Shown: piece after piece, positions 28,787-41,959 of the stretch
Numbering within the stretch: position 1 is the stretch's first letter
Layout of the letters: every line of letters begins with the position of its first letter
DNA from: Eledone cirrhosa
Taxonomy: Eukaryota
Direction of reading: 5' to 3'
Length of the DNA: 64,000 nucleotides
NCBI GenBank assembly: GCA_964016885.1
Contig: OZ024742.1
Span: 16,120,001 to 16,184,000 of the forward strand
The notes under the pieces: generated by a model
Database searches by the model: none
The model's input: the letters and a program-made list of their open reading frames with translations, nothing else
Told to the model about the DNA's origin: nothing
Program-made: the position numbers and the translations under genes

Positions 28787-29053
28787 GGGATACATGATAT
28801 GAAACTTAAAAAACACTTGTGAAGTTTTAAATCAACATATATACAAGTGTTTTTTAAGCTTCATATCATGTATCCCTATTTTATCTTATGAAAACGCAGA
28901 TATCATCCCATGATGATATTTGTTTTTGAAATGCGCATAATAAAATACTTGGAACTCTTTTAACCATCTTTTAATCTTATATTATTTATAGTCCAGTCCT
29001 ACAAATGTAGAGTGCTACTTATCCGATATTTGCATTGCTTTATTGTGCTACAA

Positions 29054-30963
29054 TTTAACTCTAATCCTTCTATAAGGCTTATATGCCCTTCCAAATCTGA
29101 TATTGAAATCATTAGTAAAATGTTTTTAGATAAAATCATCCCACAACTAAGAAAACATGTTAATTTACCACTCTGGGAAAACACATCCCAAGTAATTAAC
29201 TGGTTTAATAATATTAGTAATAAATCCTCTGCTTCATTTCTACAATTTGATATAGATAATCTTCTTCTATATCACCTATACTCCTGAACAAAGCCTTGAT
29301 ATTTGCCAAATATAGATCTAACTTAACTTTGGATGACATTAACATTATTACACATGCTAGACTAACACTATTGGAATTTCAGAATGAATACTGGACCAGA
29401 AACACATATAGTAATCTATTCGATATTACTATGGGCTCAAGCGATTCTGCCCAAATTATTGATCTTGTGGGCCTCTTTCTTCTTTTTAACATAAATGCTT
29501 CCTTTCCCCACCTTAAAGGTGGTTTATATCGTGACGACTGTCTTCTTCTTTCCAACAACCTTAGCCTTTCAGAGATAGAAAAAATAAAAAGCTTATTAGA
29601 ACATTCCTTAAAGACTATTATAGTCTAGATATTACATTTGAAAACACAAGTAAAGTAGTTAATTTCCTAGATATAACATTAGACTTATCTACGGGTATCT
29701 ACCAAACTTACCATAACCCCAACCAAAATTTACACTACATACACTCACAATCTAATCACCCTAAATCTATCCTTAAAAATCTTGCATATAATATATCACT
29801 TAGAATTTCTAACCTTTCGTCTAACCAAGGTGTATTTGATAAAAATGCGACCTTTTATAACGAAGCTCTAGCTAGAAGTGGCCACAAAGATTAATTAGTA
29901 TATATACCTTCTACCAATAACACTACAAACATACAACCTAATATTACCAACAAACACCAAAATGAAACATACACACCTAAATGCCACTCACACTATACCC
30001 CAAAACACCAACATAAAACCAAATTTCTCTAACTCTTCTAATATACAATATAGTAACTCTCAAAAAACTACTCTTCCTACAACTCTAATAAATGTTAATA
30101 ATAAAACTCCTAATAAACAAGCTAAAACACCTAAATCAATAAATCTAACTAAAAATGTGTGTGGTGAGGTCATTAACAATAATTCTCTTAATAAACATCA
30201 GGATACATCCTATAAAAACAATAAACAACATCGAAACCGTAATAGACGAGTTACTTGGTATAATGCTCCATTTAATTTACAAATTAAGGATAATATACCT
30301 AAAAAATTCTTTAATATCCTAGAGAAAAACTTCCCACCAAACCACAAATACCATCAAATTTTAAATAGATCAACGGTTAAATTCTCCTACTCAACAACCA
30401 AAAACATAAAACAAAATATAAGTGCCTACAATGCATATAAATGTAAAACGACCATGAGTATACCACCAGTTCATCAAACTAACCATAATATCTCCTCAGA
30501 TACAGGATTCACGAAAAGTTGTAACTGTAGAAACAAGGCAAACTGTCCATTAAAAGGAAATTGCCTTGTTAATAACATAGTATATAAATGTAAAGTTAAC
30601 ACTAAGGACTCAATTTATTCATATATAGGAGCTACCTCTAACAAATTTAAGGGAAGATTTAATACCCACAAACATAGTTTTAAAAATGCCGCACTAGCTA
30701 ATGCAACATCTCTAGCTGAAATAATTAATAATTATAGAAAGAGGAATATAGATTATGACCTGACCTGGAGTGTGCTCAAAAGGGCCACCCCTTATCAAAA
30801 TAGTAGATATGAATGTAGATTATGTTCCCAAGAACTTTTTGAAATAATGAAATCTAAGGATATCCTATTAAATAAGCGACAGGAATTAATAATATCGTGT
30901 AATCATAAACTGAGAAAACCTTTAAATATTATAAACCTAATTAATATACACTTTAGAAATTAA
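29054..30963 (+). pseudogene. 5'-truncated, frameshifted PLE RT/GIY-YIG ORF (Naiad-like)
   Basis: PSIRLICPSKSDI, QFDID, ITMGSSDSAQ, GLYRDD, TWYNAPF, CNC..CPL..C, IVY..YIG, CRLC..CNH spread over three ORF fragments. Confidence 0.9.
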
Positions 30964-31311
30964 TATATAAACTGTTTTTAATTTAGTTAACCTATAATTA
31001 ATATTCTACTACTGATCAACCACATAATTTTACTTTCCTTCTTACAACTATCATTTCCCAAAACTGATACAATTAAGTAAACATATATAATGCCTTAACT
31101 TCAGGTTATGACTCTATGTTCCTTGAAATCTCTATATATTTATTATTTCTCACTAATAAATTTAATTCCCCCCCCCCAATAATTATATGTATATGTAAGT
31201 ATGTATGTGTGTGTATATATATGTGTATGTATGTATGAATATATGTGTGTATATATATATATATGTGTATATATATGTATATATATGTGTGTATATGTGT
31301 GTGTGTATGTG

Positions 31312-31348
<37 letters not shown>

Positions 31349-32042
31349 TATTTTTATATTCTTTTAATTTCCCCTCATCTTTAACACCACTCTTCAACTG
31401 CATCTAACTCTTATTTATCATATCTATATGCATTAGTATAATGTTATCAATATAAATATACCCATCAATTAAATTAATTTATATTCTTTTCATAGATGTA
31501 TTTTTTTCACTAACACTCTTATCATAAAATTTTAGTCTTCTTAGATATTTGCATTGGCATTAATGGTTTATAACAGCAACTGCTCATATACCTTTTACTG
31601 ACCTGACCTATTTTCACCCCTAAAATAACTTTCTCATTCTTCACACTCCATTCAAAACTGAAATCTGCCTTATTCTACCCCTAAAATAAGCTTCAATTAC
31701 TACTATTTTACCATTTGGCCAATTATTAACTTTCTATTGGTTAATTCTAAACCTCTTACCAAACAGACAGAATATATTAGATCTTTGTTGGTTTTATTCA
31801 ATGAACAAATATAATTATTTCTGAGGTCAGCATACGACCTATTTTCATCCCTAAAATAATTTTTCATTCATAATACTCTTTTCCATCCAAAACTGAAATC
31901 TACCTTCCTCTACCCATAATTTAAGGTTCTTCTACTACTATATTACTATCTTGACCCTCACTATCTCTCTATTGGTCAATTCAAAACCTATTCCCAAACA
32001 GACCTATTGTATTGAATCTTTGTTTTTTTCAATAAACAAATA

Positions 32043-32184
32043 TCATTATTTCTGAAGACAGCATATATATGTGTAGGTATGTATATTCTCTCTGATAGTT
32101 TGTATAAATATTGTACATAGATCTATAGAATATGCATACCAATTCTAACACATATATATCCTAGAAACGATCGTAAAATGATGA
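32043..32184 (+). ncRNA. Type I hammerhead with ~105-nt branched stem II at the 3' end of the PLE
   Basis: tcattattt CTGAAGA ..atatatatgtgt..acacatatatat.. GAAA cgatcg TA aaatgatga (9-bp stem I). Confidence 0.75.
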
Positions 32185-32371
32185 ATTTTTTTTAATATAA
32201 GGAACTGTTTCTTTGTTTATTCATTATTTTATTAATTTATCTTGACTCTGTTTTCCGTTAATTTTCACCGAAAATAGTTTTTGAATGCATCTTCTCTTTT
32301 CATGATATCCGGATTACATTGAGTTCTTCATACGGATTGGACACTACCGTAAATTTTTGGTAGATATATCT

Positions 32372-32541
32372 ACATATATATATATATATGTATACATGTA
32401 TATGTGTACATGTATATGTATATATAATGTATATATATATGTATATATATGTATATATGTATATGTGTATATATATATATATGTATATATGTATATGTGT
32501 ATATATATATATGTATATATATATATATGTATATATATATG

Positions 32542-32597
<56 letters not shown>

Positions 32598-32827
32598 GTA
32601 TACATACATGCATATATATATATGTATACATACATACATATATATATGTATATGTATACATACATACATATATGTATATGTATACATACATACATATATG
32701 TATATGTATACATACATACATATATATATGTATATGTATACATACATACATATATATATGTATATGTATACATACATACATATATATATGTATATGTATA
32801 CATACATACATATATATATGTATATGT

Positions 32828-32922
<95 letters not shown>
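32372..32922. repeat. Compound TA/TACA microsatellite with a 30-bp secondary period
   Basis: Direct reading. Confidence 0.9.
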
Positions 32923-32924
<2 letters not shown>

Positions 32925-33550
32925 CTTTATTTGATTTTTGTTTCCAAATATGTTACGTAAATACAATTTATCAATGAATTATTTTAAAATTGAATGAAAA
33001 ACTATTTATCAATCTCATTTCTTCCCCTAAAAACGGTTACATTTTCAAATTAAATAACGAAGAGGAACTAATCTGAAATGAACTTATATTCCAGAATAGA
33101 AATCTAATTGTTCGTTTATTTTAATTCAGAATCGTGTATTGGTGCGAGTGAAGTAAACTCACATCTCACACAACCACACACGACTACACACACACACAAC
33201 CACACATGTGCACAAACCATCAAACAGACACACATGTCCGCAGGCCATCAAACACACAAACAGACCCATATGTACACATACACAGACACCCCACACAGAC
33301 CCTAGTATCATTATATAACTGTAGAGGTGACATTAAAAGTAAAATTGTTTTTAATCTCGACTCAATGAAGTCTTTTCACTTAAATTTCTTCAGTTCATCT
33401 TTTATTTACCCTAAAGCATCTCCGTACATTTCAGTCAGTTTTTTGTATTTCACAGTAACAGTAGGTCTACGATAACTGTTTCTATTTTTAGGTGTTTGTC
33501 TAGGTCCATCGTGGTATCTAGGGTTTGTATCGGCAATATTATTATTATCT

Positions 33551-33761
33551 GCGGTGAATTGGCAGAATCGGTAGAGCGTCGATACACTTTGCGGGATATA
33601 GTTAAGGCCCTTTACATTCTTAGTTCAAATCTCGTCGAGGTTAGCTTTAGCTTTCATCCTTATGGGTTCCATAATATAAAGTACCAGTAACGTACTGGGG
33701 TCGATATAATTGACTTTCCCCTCCCCCACAAATGTTGGTCTGGTGCCTAAATCAGAAACCA
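33551..33761 (+). mobile_element. tRNA-derived SINE (OK/Meta-like, diverged)
   Basis: A/B boxes and CTTTCATCC..AAGTACCAG core. Confidence 0.8.
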
Positions 33762-33875
33762 ATATTACCTGAGTTAGGGAGGGTATTATGTATAACTATA
33801 GAAGAGCACATTGATTCACTGTATCCACCCTCGTGGTGATGGTTATTGTGATTTACCAACTTCTGTGTATTATTA

Positions 33876-34066
33876 GGTCGGTGGATTGGCAGTATCGGTA
33901 GAGGGCCTGACGCCATACTTTGCAGCAAAGAGTTACGGCCCTTTATGTTCTGAGTTCAAATCTCGCCGAGTTTAACTTCGCCTTTCATCCTTACGGGGTT
34001 CGATAAAATGAAGTACCAGTAATGCTGCATTGGGTTTTTGCTGGCCTTGTGCCAAAAGTAGAAACA
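33876..34066 (+). mobile_element. tRNA-derived SINE (OK/Meta-like)
   Basis: Same family as 28088. Confidence 0.85.
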
Positions 34067-35548
34067 GTTATTAGGAGTTATTACAATGATAACAAGGTAT
34101 AATCCTACAAGGTCTAATTTTAGCAGAGTCCACGGAACCCGTGGAAATATCGAAATTATTAAAATAAGATATAGTTTATCTAGTTATTATTATTATTTTT
34201 TTTTTTTTCTAGTAGTAGTAGTAGTAGTAGTAGCAGTAGTAGTAGTTGTAGTAGTAGTAGTATATATATATATTTGAAAAGAAGGAAAAGAATGACTTCA
34301 CTTGTAGTTCTAAACAAATTGATATAATTTTATATTAAAATATTATGAGTTGGTAGATCTATATAGATATATGTGTGTGTGTGTGTATGTGTGTATGCCC
34401 CCCCCCACACATACACACACACACACACATATAGTGTCTAGCAACCATCGTTGCTCATTTGTTCAACACTGACAAAGGAACGCTGTACTAATTTCAAGCT
34501 TATTAGCTATCGTCAGCAACGTGTACCTTCCTGCCAGATGATTGAACGTCTGAAAGTATATACTTTCCTCATGCATATTAACGGCTGAGCAGCCTAATTT
34601 GCATATCGAGCGAGTTAATCGGCCGGGGTACCGAAAACGATAAACGTCAAAAGTGAAACGAAATTTCATTTCTCACTCTTAGTATGGCTGTTACTTAAAT
34701 ATAAGTATGTATACGTACATACATATATGTATACAGACGTACAGTAGTATGTATATATATATACAGACATGTACATATATATATATATATGTACGTATGG
34801 ATTCACCGAACATTTATTATAATGCTCGGTGTGTTTGTAAACAAACATCCCGAATCAAGCCGTACAGTGTCTAGCAACCATCGTTGCTCATTTGTTCAAC
34901 ACTGACAAAGGAACGCTGTACTAGTTTCAAGCTTATTAGCTATCGTCAGCAACGTATACCTTCCTACCAGATGATTGAACGTCTGAAAGTATATACTTTC
35001 TTTATGCATATTAACGGCTTAGCAGCCTAATTTGCATATCGAGTGAGTTAATCGGCCGGGGTACCGAAAACGATAAACGGAAAACATGAAACGAAATTTC
35101 ATTTCTCACTCTTAGTACGGCTGTTACTTAAATATAAGTATGTATACAGACGTACAGTAGTATGTATATATATATATATATACATGCACACATATATATA
35201 TGTACGTATGGATTCACCGAACATTTATTATAATGCTCGGTGTGTTTGTAAACAAACATCCCGAATTAAGCCGTACAGTGTCTAGCAACCATCGTTGCTC
35301 ATTTGTTCAACACTGACAAAGGAACGCTGTACTAGTTTCAAGCTTATTAGCTATCGTCAGCAACGTATACCTTCCTGCCAGATGATTGAACGTCTGAAAG
35401 TATATACTTTCCTTATGCATATTAACGGCTGAGCAGCCTAATTTGCATATCGAGTGAGTTAATCGGCCGGGGTACCGAAAACGATAAACGGAAAAATGAA
35501 ACGAAATTTCATTTCTCACACTTAGTACGGCTGTTACTTAAATATAAG

Positions 35549-38094
35549 TGTTGTATTCCTCTCGGTACTCGCAGAGAAAACACAACGAGTTATATCAAAT
35601 AATTTGTGTATTGTACGAAATAACCAAAATGCCCTCCTCACAGTAGCAGAATAACATAAAGTAAGTTAGTAGTCTGTGACCGTGTTTTTAATACCAATGC
35701 TGACTGACTGCCCAGGTCACGTGATTCATATGCAAATGTGTGAGCACGTGTAAACTGAACAAATCGAATTTAACAGTCCATACAACAACGAAAGGGAGTC
35801 GTTCCTGCAGGAGCACCCCACGGTGAGTGCTGAGTGCAAGCCTGCGTTGACTTTCTGGAGCCAGCTTGATCTGATTATAGGCATCAGCAAGATCAATCTT
35901 TGTGTATCCGAATCCACCCCCGAGCTTCTGCATCAGTTCCTCTGGGAGTGGCATTGGATGACGATGATCTGCAAGTTGGTCATTAATTCCCACAGAGTAG
36001 TCACCACAAATCCGTAGTTTGAGCTTCAGGTTGCCTGAAGTATGTGCTTTACGAATCGGTACCACTGGCGTTCCGTATTCGTTGAACTGTACTGGCTTCC
36101 AGATTCCTTTGGCGATGCCTTCTTCGTAACCTTTGGCCAGGTCATCACGAAGAGCAAACGGGACCGGGCGTGCCTTGTGAAAGACCGGTGTCGCGTCCGA
36201 CTTGAACTTCACTTCCAGTTCGAAGTCATTAAGACATCCCAATTCCTGCTTGAAGAGATCTGGGAATTCATCACACATGTGACAATCTCGTTGCATGGAA
36301 ATATAGGGCTCATTTGAGGTCTTTGGATGCATCACTTCTGCACCCTCACTCTTAGCCTGGCTGTCTATGCTTTTCAATCCTAGAGCATTGTCCACGGAAA
36401 TTCCCAGAGTCTGGATAGCGTTTCGTCCCAGCAAATTAAGATCAGGGATCTTGGTGACGATGTAGAGTATTGAATTCCGTTTACCGGTCGTTGGATCCTT
36501 GGTTTGGCCCATGAAAGTTCCCAGAACGGGCAGGTCGTGCTTGCTGGCAGATTCAAACCGATGTTTGACATCTTGCAGCTTCGGTTTTCCTAATTGTTTC
36601 CAAACTGACAAGGAAACAAAATTGCCTGTAGTAGCTGTGTCCAATTCCATTGTGAAAAGTCTGTTCTGGATTGTTATTGGCACATTCAAACTATGAGTAT
36701 CGTGGGGAACTTCACCAAGGATCGCCTTGACTAGCTCAGCTTTGGTGATTCTTTTCACGTAATTCTGTGAGCGATGATTATGTTGCTGATGTTGTTTCTT
36801 TCTACACACCGCTTGCAAATGTCCCTTTTTGTCACAAAAATGACATTTGGCTTCTTTGAAGGGGCAGTCTGTCGCTCTGTGGGCCTTTCCACATCGGTAG
36901 CACATCTCCTGGTCTGTGGAATAAGACTGCTGATGGTTCTTTCGAGGACCCTTGTTCTTGTTCTGCTGGACCTTGTAGACTTGCTTGGTTTTGGAACCGT
37001 AAACAGTTTCCTTCGCAACCTTTGCTGCGTCTTCGATCCCGATGGCAACTTGGACAGCACGGGCGAAATCTAGTTCTGTATCCTTGATCTTGAAAATAGC
37101 CTTCAACACAGCTTCATTATTGACAGAACATATAAATCTCTATCTTAGAGCTTCATCTTGTGGATTTGTGATCGAAGGAAAATCACAGGTAGCTGCATCC
37201 TGACGTATACGTGCTGCCAGCTCCTGGAGAGTTTCGCCTGGCTTCCGTTGCATGTCACTCCAGAACTTGAAACGTTCTCTCACAATGAAAAGTTTTGGGT
37301 CGAACTGTTCTTTCATGAAGTCAATAATTTCGTCCATTGTCAACTTGTTGATATCCTTAGGCGGATTTTGTTGAGCAGCCAGATTTGCAAGTTGTTTGTA
37401 GATAGCAGCCGTCTGATTAGTCAGGAACACTTGTGCCATGCGTTGCTCGGGTACAGCGTTAGCAGCCACAAACGTGCAGAATCTTGATCAGTAATCAGGC
37501 CATAGTTCTGTTGTTGAATCAAAAGCAGCAAATGGTGGGATGAATGCTGTTGGTGTCGAAGCAACTGGCGACGCCAATAAACTCTGTTGTTCAGAATCTC
37601 GATCACCAAACAGTTTTATCAGAGTGTCCATATCTTTCTTGTGTTGTTGCATTTGTTGTTCCTGTTGTTGCATTTGTTGTTTCATCTGTTCTCTAAACAA
37701 CTTTATTAGCTCCGCTGTTTGTTGTTCCGCCATGTTTTTATGATAAACAATTTCCCGGCAATGTAGGTAAATCCTATCGGCAATGTAGGTAAATCCTATC
37801 GGCGACGCCAATAAACTCTGTTGTATTCCTCTCGGTGCTCGCAGAGAAAACACAACTAGTTATATCAAATAATTTGTGTATTGTACGAAACAACCAAAAC
37901 GCCCCTCCTCACAGTAGCAGAATAACATAAAGTAAGTTAGTAGTCTGTGACCGAGTTTTTAATACCAATGCTGACTGACTGCCCAGGTCACGTGATTCAT
38001 ATGCAAATGTGTGAGCACGTGTAAATTGAACAAATCGAATTTAACAGTCCATACAACAATGAGGTTGTGAGTTCGATTCACAGTCCATACAACA
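35549..38094 (-). mobile_element. Internally deleted Ty3/Gypsy (Mag-like) LTR retrotransposon
   Basis: LTRs 37819-38094 (5') and 35549-35787 (3', shortened) with TGTTGTA..TACAACA ends; 5-bp TSD ATAAG (35544-35548, 38095-38099); PBS-like TGGCGTCG. Confidence 0.93.
35790..37733 (-). pseudogene. gag-protease-partial RT in one frame, two premature stops, truncated within RT
   Basis: QRKPGET gag motif, zinc knuckles CYRCGKAHRATDC and CHFCDKKGHLQAVC, protease MELDTA, RT LRICGDY, KIDLADAYNQ, RLPF; no RNase H or integrase. Confidence 0.9.
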
Positions 38095-39333
38095 ATAAGT
38101 ATGTATACGTAAATACATATATGTATACAGACGTACAGTAGTTTGTATATATATATACAGACATGCACACATATATATATGTACGTATGGATTCACCGAA
38201 CATTTATTATAATGCTCGGTGTGTTTGTAAACAAAAATCCCGAATTAAGCCGTACAGTGTCTAGCAACCATCGTTGCTCACTGACAAAGGAACGCAGTAC
38301 TAGTTTCAAGCTTATTAGCTATCGTCAGCAACGTATACCTTCCTGCCAGATGGTTCAACGTCTGAAAGTATATACTTTCCTTATGCATATTAACGGCTGA
38401 GCAGCCTAATTTGCATATCTAGTGAGTTAATCGGCCGGGGGTACCGAAAACGATAAACGGAAAATATGAAACGAAATTTCATTTCTCACTCTTAGTACGG
38501 CTGTTACATAAATATAAGTGTTGTATACGTACATACATATATGTATACAGACGTACAGTAGTTTGTATATATATATATAAAGACATGCACACATATATAT
38601 ATATGTACGTATGGATTCACCGAACATTTATTATAATGCTCGGTGTGTTTGTAAACAAACATCCCGAATTAAGCCGTACAGTGTCTAGGAACCATCGTTG
38701 CTCATTTGTTCAACCCTGACAAAGGACGCTGTACTAGTTTCAAGCTTATTAACTATCGTCAGCAACGTATACCTTCCTGCCAGATGATTGAACGTCTGAA
38801 AGTATATACTTTCTTCATGCATATTAACGGCTGAGCAGCCTAATTTGCATATAGAGTGAGTTAATCGATTAACTCACTCGATATGCAAATTAGGCTGCTA
38901 AGCCGTTAATATGCATAAAGAAAGTATATACTTTCAGACGTTCAATCATCTGGCAGGAAGGTATACGTTGCTGACGATAGTTAATAAGCTTGAAACTAGT
39001 ACAGCGTTCCTTTGTCAGTGTTGAACAAATGAGCAACGATGGTTGCTAGACACTGTACGCCTTAATTCGGGATGTTTGTTTACAAACACACCGAGCATTA
39101 TAATAAATGTTCGGTGAATCCATACGTACATATATATATGTGTGCATGTATGTATATATATATATACATACTACTGTACGTCTGTATACATATGTGTATG
39201 TACGTATACATACTTATATATATATATATATACATACATATATACATTCACACACACACATATATGCATACACAGCCACACACTCATATTCATATGTGTG
39301 TGTAAATTCATGTGTATATATATATGCAAACAT

Positions 39334-39364
<31 letters not shown>

Positions 39365-39463
39365 CACACATATATATATATATGAAAACAGGGAGATAAA
39401 GACGATTATTAGGAAGAAAAAAAATATTTTTTTTTTTCCCCCTAATAATCGTCTTTATCTCCC

Positions 39464-39518
<55 letters not shown>

Positions 39519-39544
39519 TAACTCGTGTGCTTCCTCTCCACATT

Positions 39545-39576
<32 letters not shown>

Positions 39577-39629
39577 TAAAATAAACTAAAATAAATAAGT
39601 CAAATATTTTAAATTTGGCTTCGTTTATT

Positions 39630-39684
39630 ACTGCTATATTTATTTCGGTGACAGCCATCTTTGGCTGTGACCTCTTCAGGCAGT
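39630..39684 (-). ncRNA. Type I hammerhead ribozyme; inverted partial copy at 39797-39836
   Basis: Minus strand: actgc CTGAAGA ggtcacagcc..ggctgtcacc GAAA taaata TA gcagt. Confidence 0.82.
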
Positions 39685-40651
39685 CCGAATTAGTGTGGTA
39701 GAGACGAGTACACATGTTGTTGAGGTGTTTAACTTTGTCAATACTCTGATATGCCCAGTTCCTGGTTGGGTTGTTATTTCACTGAGGAACTGGAATCAGC
39801 CAAAGATGGCTGTCACCGAAATATATATAGCAGTAATAAACGAAGCTACATTTTAAATATTTAACTTATTTATTTTAGTTTATTTTACATTACTCCGGAG
39901 TAACCAAACCAACCTGCGCACTTCGTCGAGTGCTCCAATCTGCATTCTGAGGTGTTGGTATGCAACCAACATATACTCAAAATATGTGTGTGTGTGTGTG
40001 TGCGCGCGCACAGACATGCACATATATATGTAAATATATATATGTGTGTGAGTACGTGAATACATTGATATGTGCATGTGTTTGTATTTATATATATATA
40101 TACACACACACGCACTCACACACTCACACACATTTCTATATATATTTATTTTTAACGTATCTCTCATCACAAGAATTCGTTTAATTTTTCCCCTACATTT
40201 TTCTATCAAGTTTCTTTTTCTCTCTCACAAATTGTCAACTCAAATGAAAAGATACAGAAACATAATAAATATTTCAATTGGGGTCCTATTTTAATGGATT
40301 TTCAGTTTTTGCGTTTGAAATTAATTCATTTAAATCTATTATCTAACTTTCAGAATCGCTTACTATTTAGTCTTTCATTATGGACGCTTCAATGAAAGAA
40401 ATCTGACTTTTTGAAGTATTTAAAAAATACAGAACAGCAAAATGGATGGCGGTAGTGAAGTTTGTGGTATAGGATTGGCATTACATCCGCTTTCTGGTTC
40501 TTTATTTCTGTACTGGGATTCTGTGTTAATACATCTACACAGAAATGCGTGGACGATACACGCACCCGCGCGCATGTACACGTGTTTAAACACGAAAACT
40601 TTGGCTCTCGAATTACTGCTGTAACTTCGCACATATATAAAATAATATAAT

Positions 40652-40830
40652 TGTTTCTACATTAGGCACAAGGCCAGCAATTACCCAGTGCATTACTGGT
40701 ACTTTATTTTATCGACCCCGTAAGGATGAAAGGCAAAGTTAACCTTGGCGGGATTTCAACTCAGAAAGGCAAGGGCCGTAACTCTATACGTCAAACATGG
40801 CGTCCGACCCTCTACCAATACTGCCAATCC
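40652..40830 (-). mobile_element. tRNA-derived SINE (OK/Meta-like)
   Basis: Closely matches 14582-14765. Confidence 0.85.
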
Positions 40831-40903
40831 CAAAATAATATACAAATGTTAAGAAAGTTTGTCTTATATGTAATGGTGGAAAGATCCACAATGTTTGGAG
40901 TGT

Positions 40904-41248
40904 TGTTGTTAACACCTGCTTGTGTTGCTAACACCTGCTTGTGTTGCTAACACCTGCTTGTGTTGCTAACACCTGCTTGTGTTGCTAACACCTGCTTGTG
41001 TTGCTAACACCTGATTGTGTTGTTAACACCTGCTTGTGTTGTTAACACCTGCTTGTGTTGCTAACACCTGCTTGTGTTGCTAACACCTGCTTGTGTTGTT
41101 AACACCTGCTTGTATTGTTAACACCTGCTTGTGTTGCTAACACCTGCTTGTGTTGCTAACACTTGCTTGTGTTGTTAACACCTGCTTGTGTTGTTAACAC
41201 CTGCTTGTGTTGCTAACACCTGCTTGTGTTGCTAACACCTGCTTGTGT
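40904..41248. repeat. 19-bp minisatellite (AACACCTGCTTGTGTTGYT), ~18 copies
   Basis: Direct reading. Confidence 0.93.
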
Positions 41249-41644
41249 AGAAAACAAACCTAATGGTCAAATGATGGTTTCTGAAAGACCAATAATTCTG
41301 CGAGAGGTGAAAGTCAATTAAATCACTCTACTCGTGTATTGTTCCCAGTGTACTCAGAGTATCATCACACCAAATTAGTTTTGCCGGGTGATCCTGAACA
41401 TTCAGGGTAACAGCACTAACCACTTGGCTGTAGTAAAGAATATATACTAGGCCAGCATCTACTGATACAACAACAACAACAACATATATATACAACAACA
41501 ACAGACCACTATTGATCCCTCAAGCTAAAACAACAGTAAATACAACAAACACTATAGTTGTTATTGTTGACAATATAACTCTGACAAACATCTATAACTT
41601 TTGCCTAATTACACACACAAACCTATATACACACATACTCACAC

Positions 41645-41676
<32 letters not shown>

Positions 41677-41879
41677 GCACACATATACACATCCACATAC
41701 ACATATATAATTCAAAATGGTTTTCCGAAGGTGAACAGAAGGTAACCGCAGTTAAGTAAAGTACTCAACACATTAGTAAGAAGATATATAATTATTTCAT
41801 ATAGAAATGACTTCTTCAGGTGTAGAATCATTGAAATGATTTCAAAAGAATGAAACAATTTTAGTCCGGTAGAAGTCAT

Positions 41880-41913
<34 letters not shown>

Positions 41914-41914
41914 G

Positions 41915-41957
<43 letters not shown>

Positions 41958-41959
<2 letters not shown>

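Larger units (their letters stand above)
34432..39218. repeat. Second array of the ~430-bp retrozyme family B, interrupted by an LTR element; orientation flip at ~38866
   Basis: HHRs starting at 34480, 34913, 35324, 38292, 38726 (all -) and 38965 (+). Confidence 0.88.

Noticed and set aside
32244-32290. ACUC/GAGU hairpin downstream of HHR 32043
   Set aside because: A stem is present but the bulge and basal strand (tttttt-gaat) deviate too far to count as an instance.
40904-41248. CRISPR-like array (also 16182-16465 and the 23-bp satellite)
   Set aside because: Head-to-tail repeats without unique spacers, eukaryotic context, no cas genes.
41785-41880. Possible hammerhead (CTGAAGA..GAAA on the minus strand)
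   Set aside because: Stems I and II do not pair convincingly; probably a decayed relative of 23337-23500.
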